From positions 3,162,001 to 3,226,000 of the forward strand of contig JAYWIR010000010.1 of assembly GCA_036172245.1 (NCBI GenBank): a stretch of 64,000 nt of DNA. Direction: 5' to 3'. The notes below the pieces were generated by a model. The model made no database searches. It was not told the origin of the DNA and saw nothing but the letters and a program-made list of their open reading frames with translations. Position 1 is the first letter of the stretch. Each line of letters begins with the position of its first letter. This document shows positions 13,400-26,599 of the stretch, piece by piece. The stretch is from Raillietiella orientalis. Taxonomy: Eukaryota. The translations under genes and the position numbers were made by a program.

Positions 13400-16200
13400 C
13401 GAAGGAATGGTAGCAGCAGCAGTCGGCAAGATGTTTTTTTGACGACGTCCAGTCCTGGATCTCAAGTGTCACCTCTCCCGAAAGCCAATAAAGGGACAAC
13501 GGCCGTAGCGGAGCACACCTGGGAAATCATCATGTCATCTGGGATTTCAGAGTTTTCCACTGACCTTCCCTTCCTTCGCTTGTTGCAGCTGATCCTCTTA
13601 GTAGAAGCTCTGAGCTTCTTTCCTTACTTCCCTTCTTTTAGGAAGAAACCGACGGGAACCCTCTGTTCACTCCATGGGAAAGGCGAAATGCGTACCAAGT
13701 CTTTCTTCCTTTTCCCAGGAGGGGAAAAGTAAGTAGCTATGATTTAAAACTTTCCACGGAACTGAATCTCTCTCTCTCAGCTTCCATTCGGAATGGCACT
13801 TCCAGGGCTCTACGTGGGAGATGGAATGATGGAAACTTCTGCTGCATCTGAGAACTACTGTAATGAGTTTCTTCCTAGCTGCATCACGAGTTGCAGTGGC
13901 TTCGAAGGGAGGAAGATAAGTGTCAGAGGTTCGACTCCTAATGCCGGGATCTCTTGGATGAACCTCTGTAGCAAACCCAGCGTCTTTTCAAGCAGCTCAG
14001 GAGCACATCCATCTTTCCTTGTTCACCCTTGTCTTCAATCCTTTAAGGAAGGAGGAGAGTGATCTTCCGAAGCTGAAAGGAAATGGAACCAACTTTCACT
14101 CTCGCTCACGGTTCCTGTGTTTCTTCAGTGGAGAACACTGTACGTTTTGCCATAGCGTTCTTCTGCGCCATCCAAAATGTTTTGGAAGGTAAGCGAGCAA
14201 CTGCTCAGAGCTTGGAAGAAGAAAAAAACAAAAGAAGTCTCTTTCCCTTCTATCCCCGATGTCCTACTTGTACGGGGAGGTGCTGACTATTATCTATCTA
14301 CCCACAGATTATTCTTTTATTCAAGGAATGCTTGAGCGTCTGTCCGGAAGTTGGGCTTCCACAGCGAACCTTCGTTCTGAAAAACCCTAATTCTTCCTTT
14401 CCTGATTTCTGATTCTTACACCATTTTATCCATGAATGGCCGGCGCAGCAAACCGGAAACTGGAGGCTTCAAAGCTCCAGTAGCATCCAGTTTCTAAATG
14501 TTCCCGCGCGAGGTCTCACGATGCTGCAGCGCGCGCGCTGCCACGGATGGTTGTTGCCGACATCTCGGATTATGCTTTCCGCCATCAAAGCCGCCTGCTT
14601 TCTTCTTTTTCCACGGTTGTTCCAGGCTCTCCCTCCACGCGCTCCTCTGTAGCAATGTAGCTCGGCATGCGAGTGGCAAGCACGATGGGAAGGAGATACT
14701 TTGCTGTCGCTTTGCTAGCAGCGTCCGAGATGTCTTGTTTCAAGCTTCATGTCAAAAAGACATCTCCTCTTAGTCTTCTGATTCTCGGAAGCGACTTGGG
14801 ATACATTCCTTGCAAAAACAGGAACAGCAGCTCCACCTATCCTGGATAGAGCTACTTCCTTTCAATGCCGGTGAAGTCGCAAACTCCGGAACTTGTAGGG
14901 CTGAGAGAGATTGAAGAATTATTTCCTCTTGAAAATATTCGTCTTCCAGCTGCTCCGGTGCTGAGTACTGCTGCGATCAAGGGAACGGCGCGTCCCTAGT
15001 GATGATGAGAATTCACATGGAGTGTCTCATTGCTGCTCGAAGTCTCTGAGGGTCTCTAACTCCGTGGGTATGCGAGGAGGTCTTTCATGGTAGTCTTTTC
15101 GGTCTAATCGGATTCTTTGTTTGAAAGCCCTGTGGCACTGCTGAAGTGGTCAGCTTGATGAGAAGACACTGGTGTTCAAACAGAGAGGAACAAATTCGCG
15201 AATACCAATGCTGCCGTGAGTCCTTCGTGATCTTGACGGCTCGACTGCAGCAGTCACTGCAGAGGGAATTCGGACTAAAGAGACAGGCTTTTTGCTTTCT
15301 CTGGAGCGATGCTTACAGATGGCATACAGATGACCTTCGTCGTCGTCGAAATCTGCTCGTTTGGCGAGGTGTACCCCGGGAATAAGAGGGATTCTGCGAC
15401 GCTCACTGGTTCATCTCGGTGCGCTGTGATCTCTTCCGTCTCACTGCTCTGCTCGAAGATTCGTTTCTCTGCAATCGTGAGAAGATGAGAGCATCCCAAT
15501 GTACAGAAGGGCTGAACATGATTCCCCTTCATGATTTTAGAGCACGTGGATCGGTCAACGTCATCATCCGATGAGATGTGGCACACCTGGCGTGTTTCCA
15601 GCTGAAAAACTCGTGTTTTCTGCAGAAGATGAATCTGGAAGATTTTGCATTGGCTTCAGGATAGAGAGAAAGTTTCTCGAGATCTTAGGCAGGTGCCTTG
15701 AAGTGCCAATCAGAAGTTCATTTCAGAAGGTGCACTTTCGGAAGGCATTTCTCAGCAGCCGTCTTCCGATCTAATCAAGCAGGTGCTCAGCAAACATGGC
15801 TATTATGGTCTCATCTCGTCCTAAAAACAGCATCCAACTGCATCCATCTAAGTCAGCATCACATCGCTTCCGTTTTTATATCACGATTTCGAGGAAAAAA
15901 AGGCGGAAGGATTCCTACCTTCTCCTGCATCTTTTTCCAACGAGGGCGCCCCCAAAGGCAGCATACCGATCAGAAAGAGTTCGTTTCTCTAGGAGCAGTC
16001 GCGACTCACCTCCATGGTTTTTTGGGTTGCGAGATGTTCACCAGACCTCGTCAGCTGGGTTGCCGCTAGACCAGTCTCAGAATTCACTTTGTAGGCCTCC
16101 TTTACCCTCTGGGTATTCTGAAAAAACTGTTCCACATCAGTGCTTCAATCTTATCTTTGTGAATGACTAACTCCAATGATGCAATGGCAACGAAACGAGA
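13400..16200 (-). mobile_element. Highly degenerate jockey/I-like LINE (endonuclease plus RT remnants)
   Basis: Minus-strand remnants: DHN (~15805), SRQHWYSRICSSL (~15180-15220), LYPG* (~14845), SSFLKGLKTRVN (~14020-14060), GLLQRF (~13965) and LQ*FSDA (~13845). Confidence 0.45.
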
Positions 16201-16819
16201 CGATTTTCAGCGCTTTACGACCAGTTCTCTTTTTGGCATTGCTTTGTTTTGTTTTCTCCCGCGAGCGTCTCGTGATTACCCGCTTGCAAGTGCAAACTCC
16301 TGTAGAGGGTGGACGTCGCTCACCTGTCTTGCCGCCCTCAAAAGAGAGAAGGAGCCTCGTGTCCGATCTCGACAGAAGAGCGGGCTTCTACCTCATCCAG
16401 TAACAGCTGACTGACCACCTTAGACCCAACCAGCCAGCGAGTCGGAGGGAGTTTCCACGCCTGCCTGACTGGGTCGAGCATCCAGACTAGACAGTGTAAG
16501 GAGACACCGGCATCTCCGATCTGAGGAGAAAGAGCAGTCTTCACTTCGGACTGAAGCGCAGCCCTACGAGCTGCAGATGTGCTGCTTCCGTCCCCCTGAG
16601 CGTTGTAAGTTACGCGGTCTCTTTCCTCCTCGGACTGCTCAAATTCACGTAAGGTGGATGAGCCCTTCGGGCTGTATCAATCATAGCAATATGCATCTCT
16701 CGAACATTCTGTGTTTACAACTCCGGGACCTAGCGCTCCTTCCAGGGACTATGCTCAAGTCCGAGATGGGAAGGCGAGGATAAGATTTCAGGTGCAGAAA
16801 ACATCTCCAACTCATCATG

Positions 16820-19800
16820 TGTTCAGATTATAGTATCAAGGGTGTGAAGTTCTTCCTTCCTTTTCTCCTTAGATTGATTGTTCGTAGCTCTGAAATATCG
16901 GTCCCGTGTAGTAGTATGATGATCGGAAGTCGCGACAAAAGGCGAGACAGTCAACGCAGCTGAAGAAAACAGAGTATCAAAAATTCGCCCAAGCAGTTCT
17001 CCTAGTCCTTCGATCATGGGCTCAAGTTAGATAGAACCCATGGTCCAAGCAACCCTGGAGTTCTTGCAGAGCTCCACGGTTAGGTTGTCGGTCACTGCCT
17101 CCGAAAACTTCGCGTCTGTATTCTGTGGCCGATGATTCATACAATGAGGACGACGGGGTACCCTGTGCAGCACCCTAAACAGCAGCACCAAGATGTCCAG
17201 CTATGTAAAACATTATTATGTCAGCGACCCCGATTGCCCTCTGGAAAATGACTGCTTTTTCTGTTTGGGTCAGTACTGGGTTGCTAGCTCTGGCTCCTAC
17301 GATGAGATGTCTTTAATGCTCGGAATGTTCACAGAAGAAATGTTTGACAATGAACGTAAGCTCAGAGGAAATGAGGCGGAAGCAGACAATACCTGGGTTA
17401 ATTCTTCGCTTCTCCATGACACAGGGCTGCAAATAAGGGGACGACGCAGCATGCTAAGTATCTCCTCACTTTCCCAAGTAAATGCCCAGAAGCAAGGGCG
17501 GACCTCGAAGAGGAGTTGTTCCAAGTGACTGTCTTTAAGGTTTCCTTGGGAGTCAGCCAACGAGACAACGATAAGGAAGCAGATTCCGAGGCCTGACTCC
17601 GTTTCTGATAAGGAGTTCCAGCATTGGTACGGCACTCGTCCCGGGAACCCATGTTCTCTTGAGATCCAGGTGGGATTCCTAGGTGAACAGGGGATCCCAA
17701 AATACTCGGATTCAACCGCACGAGGTCGAAAATTGAAAGTCCCAGCATTCATTTCCCCGCGACACCTATTGAAAACATCATCTGGATCACCGGCCGTTAA
17801 CCAGCAGCTACCCCTTGTGGGTAGCAGCCTTGACCAACTAAGAGGATGCAGAAGAACGGTGGACAGAACCCTCTTTTACGAATACCAAAAGAGCTGCCCC
17901 TCGTGGAGAATAAGACGTGTGATTCTTCCGGTTATCATTCAGAAGATCCTGTTCAGAGCTCACGGATGATGCAGCGCATAGAGAAAACGAAGGTGATGTA
18001 TCTGTCAGCCACTAGACCGGAGGCTTTCCGGAATATGAACGCGATTGCCATCTGGAGTCGGCGACACCACGGAGTAGGTAAAGGAAGTAGAGCAAGTACC
18101 AATTTTATGGGTTCCAATGATTCTGAACCAATTCCAATGATTGTCGTCCTGTACGGTGGCGATGCTCTCGAAGCCCATGCTGGAGAAGATAGGCTACAAA
18201 GGGAGGAGCACAAAGGGAGGGGACTTTTCGGATCTTATCCACGCAGCAGGGATCTAACCATCGCCACTCTTTTCCACTTGGTGATGTTTCCGGGAGAGTT
18301 CACATGTCGCTTCCTCAGCAGTTCTTTGGTCGATACATCTCCGCTGACTTCGCACATTCTGGAGAATCGAAGCTGAAAAGGGTGGTTTACAGCGTTTCTC
18401 CACCGCTTTTCTTCAGTGGTATTAAGCAATCTTCTTAAGAAACAGAGCATAAAAAATTCCATTCCGAAAAACAAGGTTTTACTTCCCGTGTTCCGACATA
18501 AAATGAGCAACGTCTCGGCATCCTTACACATCAATGATTATACAAGTCTGTGGGGGTTAAAAGGACAGAGTGCTCCAGTCTGAAATCATATGCCTGGAAG
18601 TCTGAGAAGCGGACCTGCAGCACCGGTTGGAAGGCAAGGACTTTTGTAGAGCTGCTGTCTGGAGAGTCCATATTCGAATTTCAAGGAGACTGCGACGACA
18701 GCTTCTGGTACTAGACGATTCAGATGAGGAATCGGATGGTCTTTCTGCAGACGCGTCCCTTATTTCGTCTCCCAAGCTTTCCATTTTCGTCCAGCCTTCT
18801 GTCTTTTTTCGTGTTTCCCATCGCATAAATCATAAGTGAAAGCAAAAGTGGAAGAAGAAGGAGAAGAAGAGAGGAGAAGAAATATTTTTTCTTGCAATCC
18901 TGCGTCCATCTTCCGAAATGAGAAGTGTGTTTCCTCTTCGCTGAAGTAGATAGAATGTGTCCCTATATGCGGGATAAGTGTTCATCAGTGGCTGAGCGGA
19001 CACCGATAAAAGAGACTCAAATTATCTAAGTGAACGCAATGAGGATGCGTTTTCGGATGCAGTTCCTTCTCGACTGATCGTTTTCTCACCGAAATCTTCT
19101 TGCTGCCGTCATCTGGGGGAAGACTATCGCCTCCAATATCTCCTCTTCTTCTCCTTCCTCAGAAGGAAAAACAGCTCCGGGCTTATCGGCAAAAGAGTAG
19201 TTATTATTGTCTCCGGAAGTCTCCGCGCACTTCCGGAAAATCGTAAACCGTGCATCTGCACGGGGATGCCATTCCGGGAGGGAGCAAACAAATGCCTTCA
19301 TCCCACGAGGGCATACACAGGGACTGCGCTGCGGGACGTTCCTCTGCGTGGAATGAAGCCAATCTTCCTCCTTTCCGTTCCGGAGAGCGCCGACTTTCTT
19401 GCTCGCATCTCTTCCTCTGTGATGCTGCATTCTAGAGACGGCATTATTTACACTTGTTTTCTACAAGTGACGTTCCGAGGGGGACAGCGAACGTCCATAG
19501 AATCTCACACCATCTCCCTGTCTGGCTGCTCTCGCCATTCGGTCCTTCACTCTAGACTGTAGTCTCACTGGGGTCTCATGATCTATGGCAGTGGACCGAT
19601 CTGTGCCTCCGAAGCATCTCCATAGGGCAGTGTATGTTGGAGCACCACTTCTCTCCTCTCCACCATTCCTCATGCCGTCTTGCCACAGATGAGGGATCCT
19701 TCGCTTCTTCAGCAATTCTTCGTCTTCTTTAGCACTTTGGTTGCAGAGAAGACAAAACAAAGGAAGGAGAGCAGGTACAGAGGATGGTCTTTATATTCCA

Positions 19801-20300
19801 TGATCCTAGGGATACTCAAACGACGAACGTCCTGATGGATGCTAATGTTCCTCTCCCAGTGAAATGGGAGAGTCCATCCTCTGTCCGTTTTGCTCTGCTT
19901 TGCAGCCCCCAGTGGAGGATTCGTAGGTTCAACATTACTGCTTTCCAGTCACCCTGTAGCATCACATCCGGCCATAGTATTAAAACTGTTTCAGGAATGG
20001 GTTTATAGGTGTCTTCGGGCCAGCTGCAACTTCTCGTGCGCAACCCTTCTGATTCGGACCAACAGTTCTTCGCTCGAAAAGCGGGGGGTGGAGGGACTCC
20101 TCCCATACCAGGTACCTCCTGCTGTAAGGTGGGTGCCACCTTTATGAGCGTCTCCCATGCAGAGCAACAACCACTAGGGGCATGCCGCATACAGAAATCT
20201 GTAGCGAATGATTCCTGAATATTATCTGCACACTCCTTGCAGATGTGACACCGTTCTGCGCAGAGATGTGAGACTTCTCCCTTTCATCGAAAGAGAACAC
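16820..20300 (-). mobile_element. Near full-length but decayed L1/Tx1-type LINE (ORF1 remnant, endonuclease, RT, C-terminal region)
   Basis: Ordered minus-strand motifs: PLFCLLCNQ (~19740-19765), LMNTYP (~18975), MVRSLLRG*D (~18230-18262), FIFRKASGLV (~18010-18040), GIRKRGFCPPFFCIL (~17845-17890), DPDDVF (~17775), EYFGIP (~17695), FWAFTW..RRPLICSP (~17425-17490) and FRVLHR (~17165). Confidence 0.75.
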
Positions 20301-20399
20301 CATCTTCGCGGCCAGGAATCACAGCAAAGCTTTCTTAAATAAAAATCTCGGGATCTGGGTTGTTTCAGGAAACTCGACTACCTCAGCTTCCTGAAACGA

Positions 20400-22400
20400 C
20401 AGCGTCGTTTCAGGAAAGCGTGACCGTGGAAACCAAAACCTACTGAAAAGTCGGAATTCGCATAACACCCGGACGATATATACTTTGGGAGAGGGTGCGG
20501 TGAGGTAGCGAGAGCAAAAGCAAGAGGAGGATAAGTTCGCATATTTGCGTTTGCTGATGGAGAAACCATGAAGAACTCAGGAATAGATAGGCAATGTGGT
20601 AATGTCCTCTTCTCAACGTAAGAAGGTCGAACTTTTTTCAGAGACCAGGATTCGAAGCGTAGTTCAACTCGAACTTCAAGAATATTCATCGATCAAAAAG
20701 ATACTGCATTAATGATCATTAAACCATGCTGATAGCAATTATCATTTTGACGTCCATGAGGTTCTGGATGCCAGCCGTATGGATAGGAAAGGGAGAAAAG
20801 CAATGCGATTTCCTGCTTGAATATTCGGAATGAAACCTACGGTGACGTAAGGCGCAAAGCTTCGTCGGACTCCTATTCGTCCATCTCCTATGCTTACTGA
20901 ATAGGTGCTAACATCGTTGGAAATTTTAACCAGTTCTTTGGATTTTATGCGCAAATCTTCTGGAAGCCACATTCGCTCCACTTGCAGCTGCCGCAAGGGA
21001 GCATTCCGAAAGCTGTCCTCGAACAGTGGCATTCTTCGAGGAACCTTCAACCCTATTCCTTAAGCGCAAGGTGTGATTTATTTCCGCAAGGAAAGGCATG
21101 GGCTTTATGACGCTTTTCTCTTGACTGGAGCAAAGCCGTGCAAGAGGCTCAAAATTTATCCTTGGGAGGATCCCCTCAAAAGTTTGGAGTTATAACAAGA
21201 GAGCAATCTATGGAGTTATAGAACAGAGCAATTTGAAGAGTGGAGCAATACCCAATGAATCTAGCATTAGAAGACTGCACAAAACCTGGAAATTTTTCAG
21301 TGAAGAATTTAGGTAAATGAGGCTGATTCCTGTTTCCTCTGCCCGGCTTCACCCATGGAGCGCTGCGTATCCATCAAGGAAAACGAAATGAAACTCCCTG
21401 CCATCGGTTCCCGATTCAAAGGAACGAACTGACGAGCACCTGTCGTGAGTTTTCTCCAATAACCTGTTGACGCAGGAACTATCAGGAAAAGGCCGAAAGG
21501 CAGCGGGCATCTGCATCGGAGATGGGGATATTCAAACACTTTTTTGCTCTCTTATGAGAAATTTTGACCCGAGTACGAGATGCAAGAAAACAAGCAGAAC
21601 GCTTACTCCAGGATTTTCATAGAGTTCAGTCGCTGTTTCCCATCCATGACAACGGAGCAGACTTCGTTGCTATGCGAGACGAGCTTAGTGAGGTTCATTC
21701 ACGCAATCGTCGAAATTTTTTCCCCTTCTGCAGCATGATTTCCGTCAAGTTCGTGCACCTCAGCACGAACATACTGTTTTCTAATATATCTTCTCTTGCG
21801 GATGAAAAAAATTTTATATGAGTGTTCGCTACCGGGCGATCCTAGAAGGCAGTGAAAGCACTCTTTTTCCATCCAGATATGCTTTTGCTAATTGAAAGGA
21901 AGCTTGTAGGATATTGCGTTTCTTCGGGATAAAAGCAAGATACTTGCAAACTACTGTTAGACAAACCCTCAGTTTCGTTTTGTCACAAATCCTGAAATTC
22001 GTAGCCGAAGCCGAGACGAGTTCGTGAGTGGAAGAGAAGTTATCAGTGCCTATCCAAGCCAGCATCTGTTTACAAAGTTCCGTCCACTTTCTTTCTCGCT
22101 CGGGCGCTGCCTTGCCAACTGCCTGTCGATACATAATGGATACAGACAACCAAGTTTGGTTGAACATTTGATGAGTCGCTCTCTTGGAAACTAAGACACA
22201 CCAGTAGCGCAACGGAAGCAAACAGGTACGTTTCTTTCTTTGCTTCAAGCTCTTTCGTCAACTCGCTTGAAAGCTATTGAAACCTGGCTCTTTCCTCCCC
22301 TATTCTTATGGTCTTGTGAAGCATGGGTTGGCAGCATCTTTTTAATGAGATAGTCCGTGCAGACATTACTCGAGCGCTTCCCCAGTAGCACATCAAACTT
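20400..22400 (+). mobile_element. Degenerate RTE-like LINE RT and 3' region
   Basis: LDWSKA..KFGV (~21120-21190), GICIGDGDIQTLF (~21505-21545), KFVHLS (~21747) and RLKAIETWLFPPLFLWSCEAW (P-LLYG-E-W-like, ~22265-22330). Confidence 0.6.
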
Positions 22401-22499
22401 CATCTTCCTGGTCAGTGAGAGAGAACTCTTTCTCTCCGTGAGCTGAGTGCCTCCGGACTTCAAGGATCCATTAATTAGCAATCCTATCATTGATCATCT

Positions 22500-23200
22500 C
22501 TAAGACTTGAATGTGGCCATCTCAGTGGCTTGTGGAAGATGTTTCAATCGCTTAATCGAGATTAGGTCTAAGGCATCTCACGTCGAGAAGCAGTTTGGCC
22601 TGTAAAGTCGAAAGAAGGCTTGAAGCTTTTCTAAATTTCTTCTCTGTCAGAGTTGCAATCATAGACACAGCTCAAGAAATTTGCCTTGGTCCGCTGTGCC
22701 GAAGAATAAACGGGGGAAAGCTGCAGTCATCGCTGGGAACTAAGAAGGAAGCGCAATTCTCAATTTCCTGGATCAGAACAGAAGGATATTCGTTCAGGGA
22801 CATCCTCGAGAGATACGTTTTGAGTACAAAATGCAAGCAGTTTCTAGCTTTTTGAAGGATCTCTGAAATCGTGGATCCTGTCCATTTATAGATGAGCTAT
22901 CAGTGTGATGCAACAGATGCAGCCATTTTTGAACCGAACTGTTGAGTAGTCAAGATTCGGGTCATTCAGAAAGCCTTAGGTGACATCGGATCCCTTCTGC
23001 TCTTGGAGCAATGCTGCTCTTCACAGGAGTGGACTCAGCCAGGTGCAGAAATGCCTCAGTAGAAAAAAGAGTTCATGAGATAGAGGCGTGCTGCTAGAGA
23101 TGGCTTGATTTTGAGAAAATATGAGCCGTTTCGAGAAAAATTCAAGAGGACACAGATCAGTTCGTAGAGTCAACTCGAAGGCTGATGACGTTGACCATTA
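22500..23200 (+). mobile_element. Degenerate LINE RT core fragment
   Basis: IRSKASHV (~22560-22590), RINGG (~22703) and PFIDEL (~22882), spaced like DxxKAFD, VxVNG and FADD. Confidence 0.35.
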
Positions 23201-23399
23201 GTGAAGGCTTCCAAGCACGAGAAAGCCAAAGCAAAAACAAACTAAACAGGATGACTTAAAGTCATCATGAATGATTTGCAAACACGAAACAGCAAGCAGT
23301 TCGAAATTCAAGGATGGCACTTGGGAACAGCTCGATAAGGGAATCATGAGAAGTTTATAAGACAATTTCTCGCTATGCAATCCGTGCTTCCAAAATAAG

Positions 23400-24300
23400 G
23401 TCGCTTTGCATGTTGCATCCGAGATTTGAAAACTCATTTCGGGGATCCAGAAGTTTTAGACAAAAAAAAATCAGAAAGAGATTTGAAACACGTAAAGAAA
23501 CGGAGAAGGATTTTGGGTGAAGCTGCGGCTTTCACTCATCAGGTTTTTAAAAATGCGTTGCTTGAAGTACTCCCGGATATGGAGAATGAAATTCACCCTT
23601 GAAGAAATTTACTCTTCCGAAAGAAATGTGGCCTGACAAGATGAAATGCAGGATTTTCTCAGTACCTATAAGGTCCGTAAAGTTTGAGCACTTACACTTT
23701 AACAAAACTGAGTCTTTTGGTAACTTCAGGAAATGCTCCTCTGTCAATACTGGGAGTCCTAGAATCTCCTGCTCCCATCTGCTATCCTGAATGGAAAATC
23801 GGCTTTTTGCAAATAAAGCATTCCATGCTTGGGGACATTATTTGATTATTATGGGAAGCTGACTATGCACGTAATTAGCTCGAGTGTCGGCAGCTTCAAT
23901 CCGATGGTTGATTACTTGACTGAACTTCCACGGAGTTTTCTCGAAAATTAATCCATGCTTGCATAGATGAATCTCTGATTGCGGAGTATTGGACCGAATT
24001 GCAAATCCCATCTTCTCCAGATAGGATAGGCTTGCTTGGGCAACAAATCGAGAATGATTTAGCGAGCTGTTGAGAAACTTCTTCCCTTTCACCGAGAGGA
24101 ATGGAGCTATGCGAGCAGGAGAAACTATTTGCATTCGCAAGAGGACACTGCGAAGAATCTGTTAGCATGTGAATAAAACTAGAGCGGAGTGATAGAGACG
24201 AGCGATAGGGATGCCGCTTAGAGAAATGAGATCGGAAAATCAAAATAGCAACCAAAGCTTCGGCAACAGTTGTCGAAAAAGTGTGCGCACTTTCGATTCG
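23400..24300 (+). mobile_element. Degenerate LINE RT N-terminal fragment (RTE-like)
   Basis: FTLEEI (~23592), TLFDYYGKL (~23835) and YLTELPRSF (LxExQxGFR-like, ~23913). Confidence 0.4.
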
Positions 24301-24699
24301 TCTCCTAAGAAAGACTAAGTGAACTTAAACCAGCTTCCATTCACCCACCACTGAGCCACGTGAGCCATCGCAATGAGAGGTTTGTTCTCGGGGAAAGAGC
24401 GGATTAACAAGAACGGCCACTTTGACTTCGCAGAGTAAAGGCGATAGGAGTAGCCCATTACCTACGGAAGTCTTGCTGCTTACCACGAACGTCAGAAAGC
24501 ATCATTCTTCCGCTCACGGTTGTTCTCGGACCAATCATTGCCGGACGTTGACAAATCGGTGACTCGCATGTTTGCGAATATGAGGTACGGGGAGAACCGC
24601 CTTCCGGTGATGAAAAGAGTACCCAGTGCCCCTGCCTACAAACCCGGTTTTCACGAGTCAGCCCGGAGAAATGCAAGCATTGGTGATTGGAATCCTTAT

Positions 24700-26400
24700 C
24701 ATCAATTGCCGAGTACCCAAGAACCGGTTTGGATTTTACAGACTGTGAGGATTGGGGGTGTGGGCTAAGAACGGTCCCGTGTACTCTCCAGAAGTAGCTG
24801 AACTTTGACCGATCTTCTCGGGAGGGTTAATACTTTCCCGGGAAGATCTTCCGGACAACTTCACTTCCGGCCGCGACTAAATGAATTACTCGAGGAATTT
24901 GTCCGCTTTGCTAAGTAGGCATCAATGGTATTGCAGCACCTGAAGGCAATGGAGGCTGCAATGTGGGGCTCTCTAAACGCCGGTTTCCATGTCATGAAGC
25001 TCGGAATCTTTTGAATGGTGATTCTAGCCCAGAGATCAGGGCTACTGAGGATGAACAGGATGTGAATCTCTGGATGTGAATCAAGTTCTTCTATTCTTCA
25101 AAAGTGTTCTTGTAGGATTATTTCGGGAATGGAGGATCCTCGACCTTTAGCCATCAAGGCTTAACTAGACATCGCAACCCCGAGTTAGAGCTCAGCATCG
25201 ACCAAGTTTCCATTTCGCTTATGTTTTATGTTTCACATTTGCTTAGGATGAATTCTTCCACATCAGGATTTATTGCAGTGATGCATGCGGTGGTACTCGA
25301 GCCTTCCATCGATTAAGGGCTTCCATGATGGGAATTGAGTGTCCCAGAAGACAATGCTTGTTCGTAGGCACACATCCCTTTTAGGGCTTGCTAGAAAAGT
25401 CGATTCCTCGGTAGATTCGGTAAAAGCCTTACCGGAAGCAATTGTGAGCAGTTTGAAAGATTTTTTTCTCTCTTGGAAACTGTTGATCGTTACTCACTAA
25501 ATGGATGGAATTCCTCGCCATAAACCTGGTTGTGTGCGCTCCTGCAAGATGGCGGAAGGCTTGGAAACGCGTGGAGAGGAATTTCCCGCGGTAAGTTGTG
25601 CGATATGTTTTCATCCCTTTCCTAAAGTGATCCTAGTTGCTCAGGATTCTTCAAGCTGCGAAAGAAACAAGCTTGGTGTGTCCAGCGATACGGAACACTA
25701 CCAATTATTCGCAAACGGAAGCAGGAAGCATTCTCAGAATGAAAAAAACACCATGAAAACACCAAAGAAGATCCCGTTTGACACACGGCGAAACTAAGAA
25801 TGTTCCGCATCGATGGTGGCGAAGAGTAAAAGCAGCGCAAGCAAAATGAATTGGCCGTGAGCAAAGTGTCCCAGTCGGGGGGAATCGCAACACCAGGATG
25901 AAAATGAGAAGATCCAGCCCAAGCACGGAAACAGATATGGGGATTCTTCGAAAACGAATAATAAGGATGGCTGTTACCAATCATCATCAATCTATGCTGG
26001 ATTAGGCATGAATTTGCGTGCCGAAAAAATCAAGTAAGATAAAAGATAAAATGCATTACAATGAAAATACGGATGATGTCAGCCACACAGTGGAAAGCGT
26101 CTGCTTGCTCAGAGTAATGACGTCCGTAGATAAACAGCAAAGCAATTGCTAAAGCATTCCACGCCAAATATCATTTTCTTCCCCGGGATTTTTTCACTGC
26201 GCTGCATTTCGATCCTGAGAACGAGGGAGAGGGCAGTTTTCCCAAACCTCCATACACAGAGATTCAAGGGAGAGTAACAAGCGGCAACAGTGAAGTTGTT
26301 TACGCGCTAATGAGACAGAAGAATTCCACAGACAAGAGTTTTGAGACAAAAATAATGAGCCGAGAACATTTTTCAAGGGGGGAGGGGGCTTTCGAGAAAT
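24700..26400 (+). mobile_element. Degenerate LINE RT fragment (RTE-like)
   Basis: VDSVKAL (~25411), RHKPGCVRS (GxKQGCVLS-like, ~25515) and VILVAQDS (~25627). Confidence 0.35.
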
Positions 26401-26599
26401 ACCATTTCATCCGACACTTACATGCTCGAATGATAGTCCGATCCATCTAAGAAGACGATTCATACTCTGCAAAAATGATGTCAAAACCTAGCTAGTTCCT
26501 GGAAGCAAGATGCATGTATTGTCATCAAGTTTTCGGTACAGTGCTCTCAGAACTTGTACACTTCTCATTGTTCTATCCACGGAGCCGCCTCCATTTGCA

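Noticed and set aside
13925..13940. GGTTCGACTCC B-box
   Set aside because: Isolated, with no A-box or stems, and lies within a decayed RT on the minus strand.
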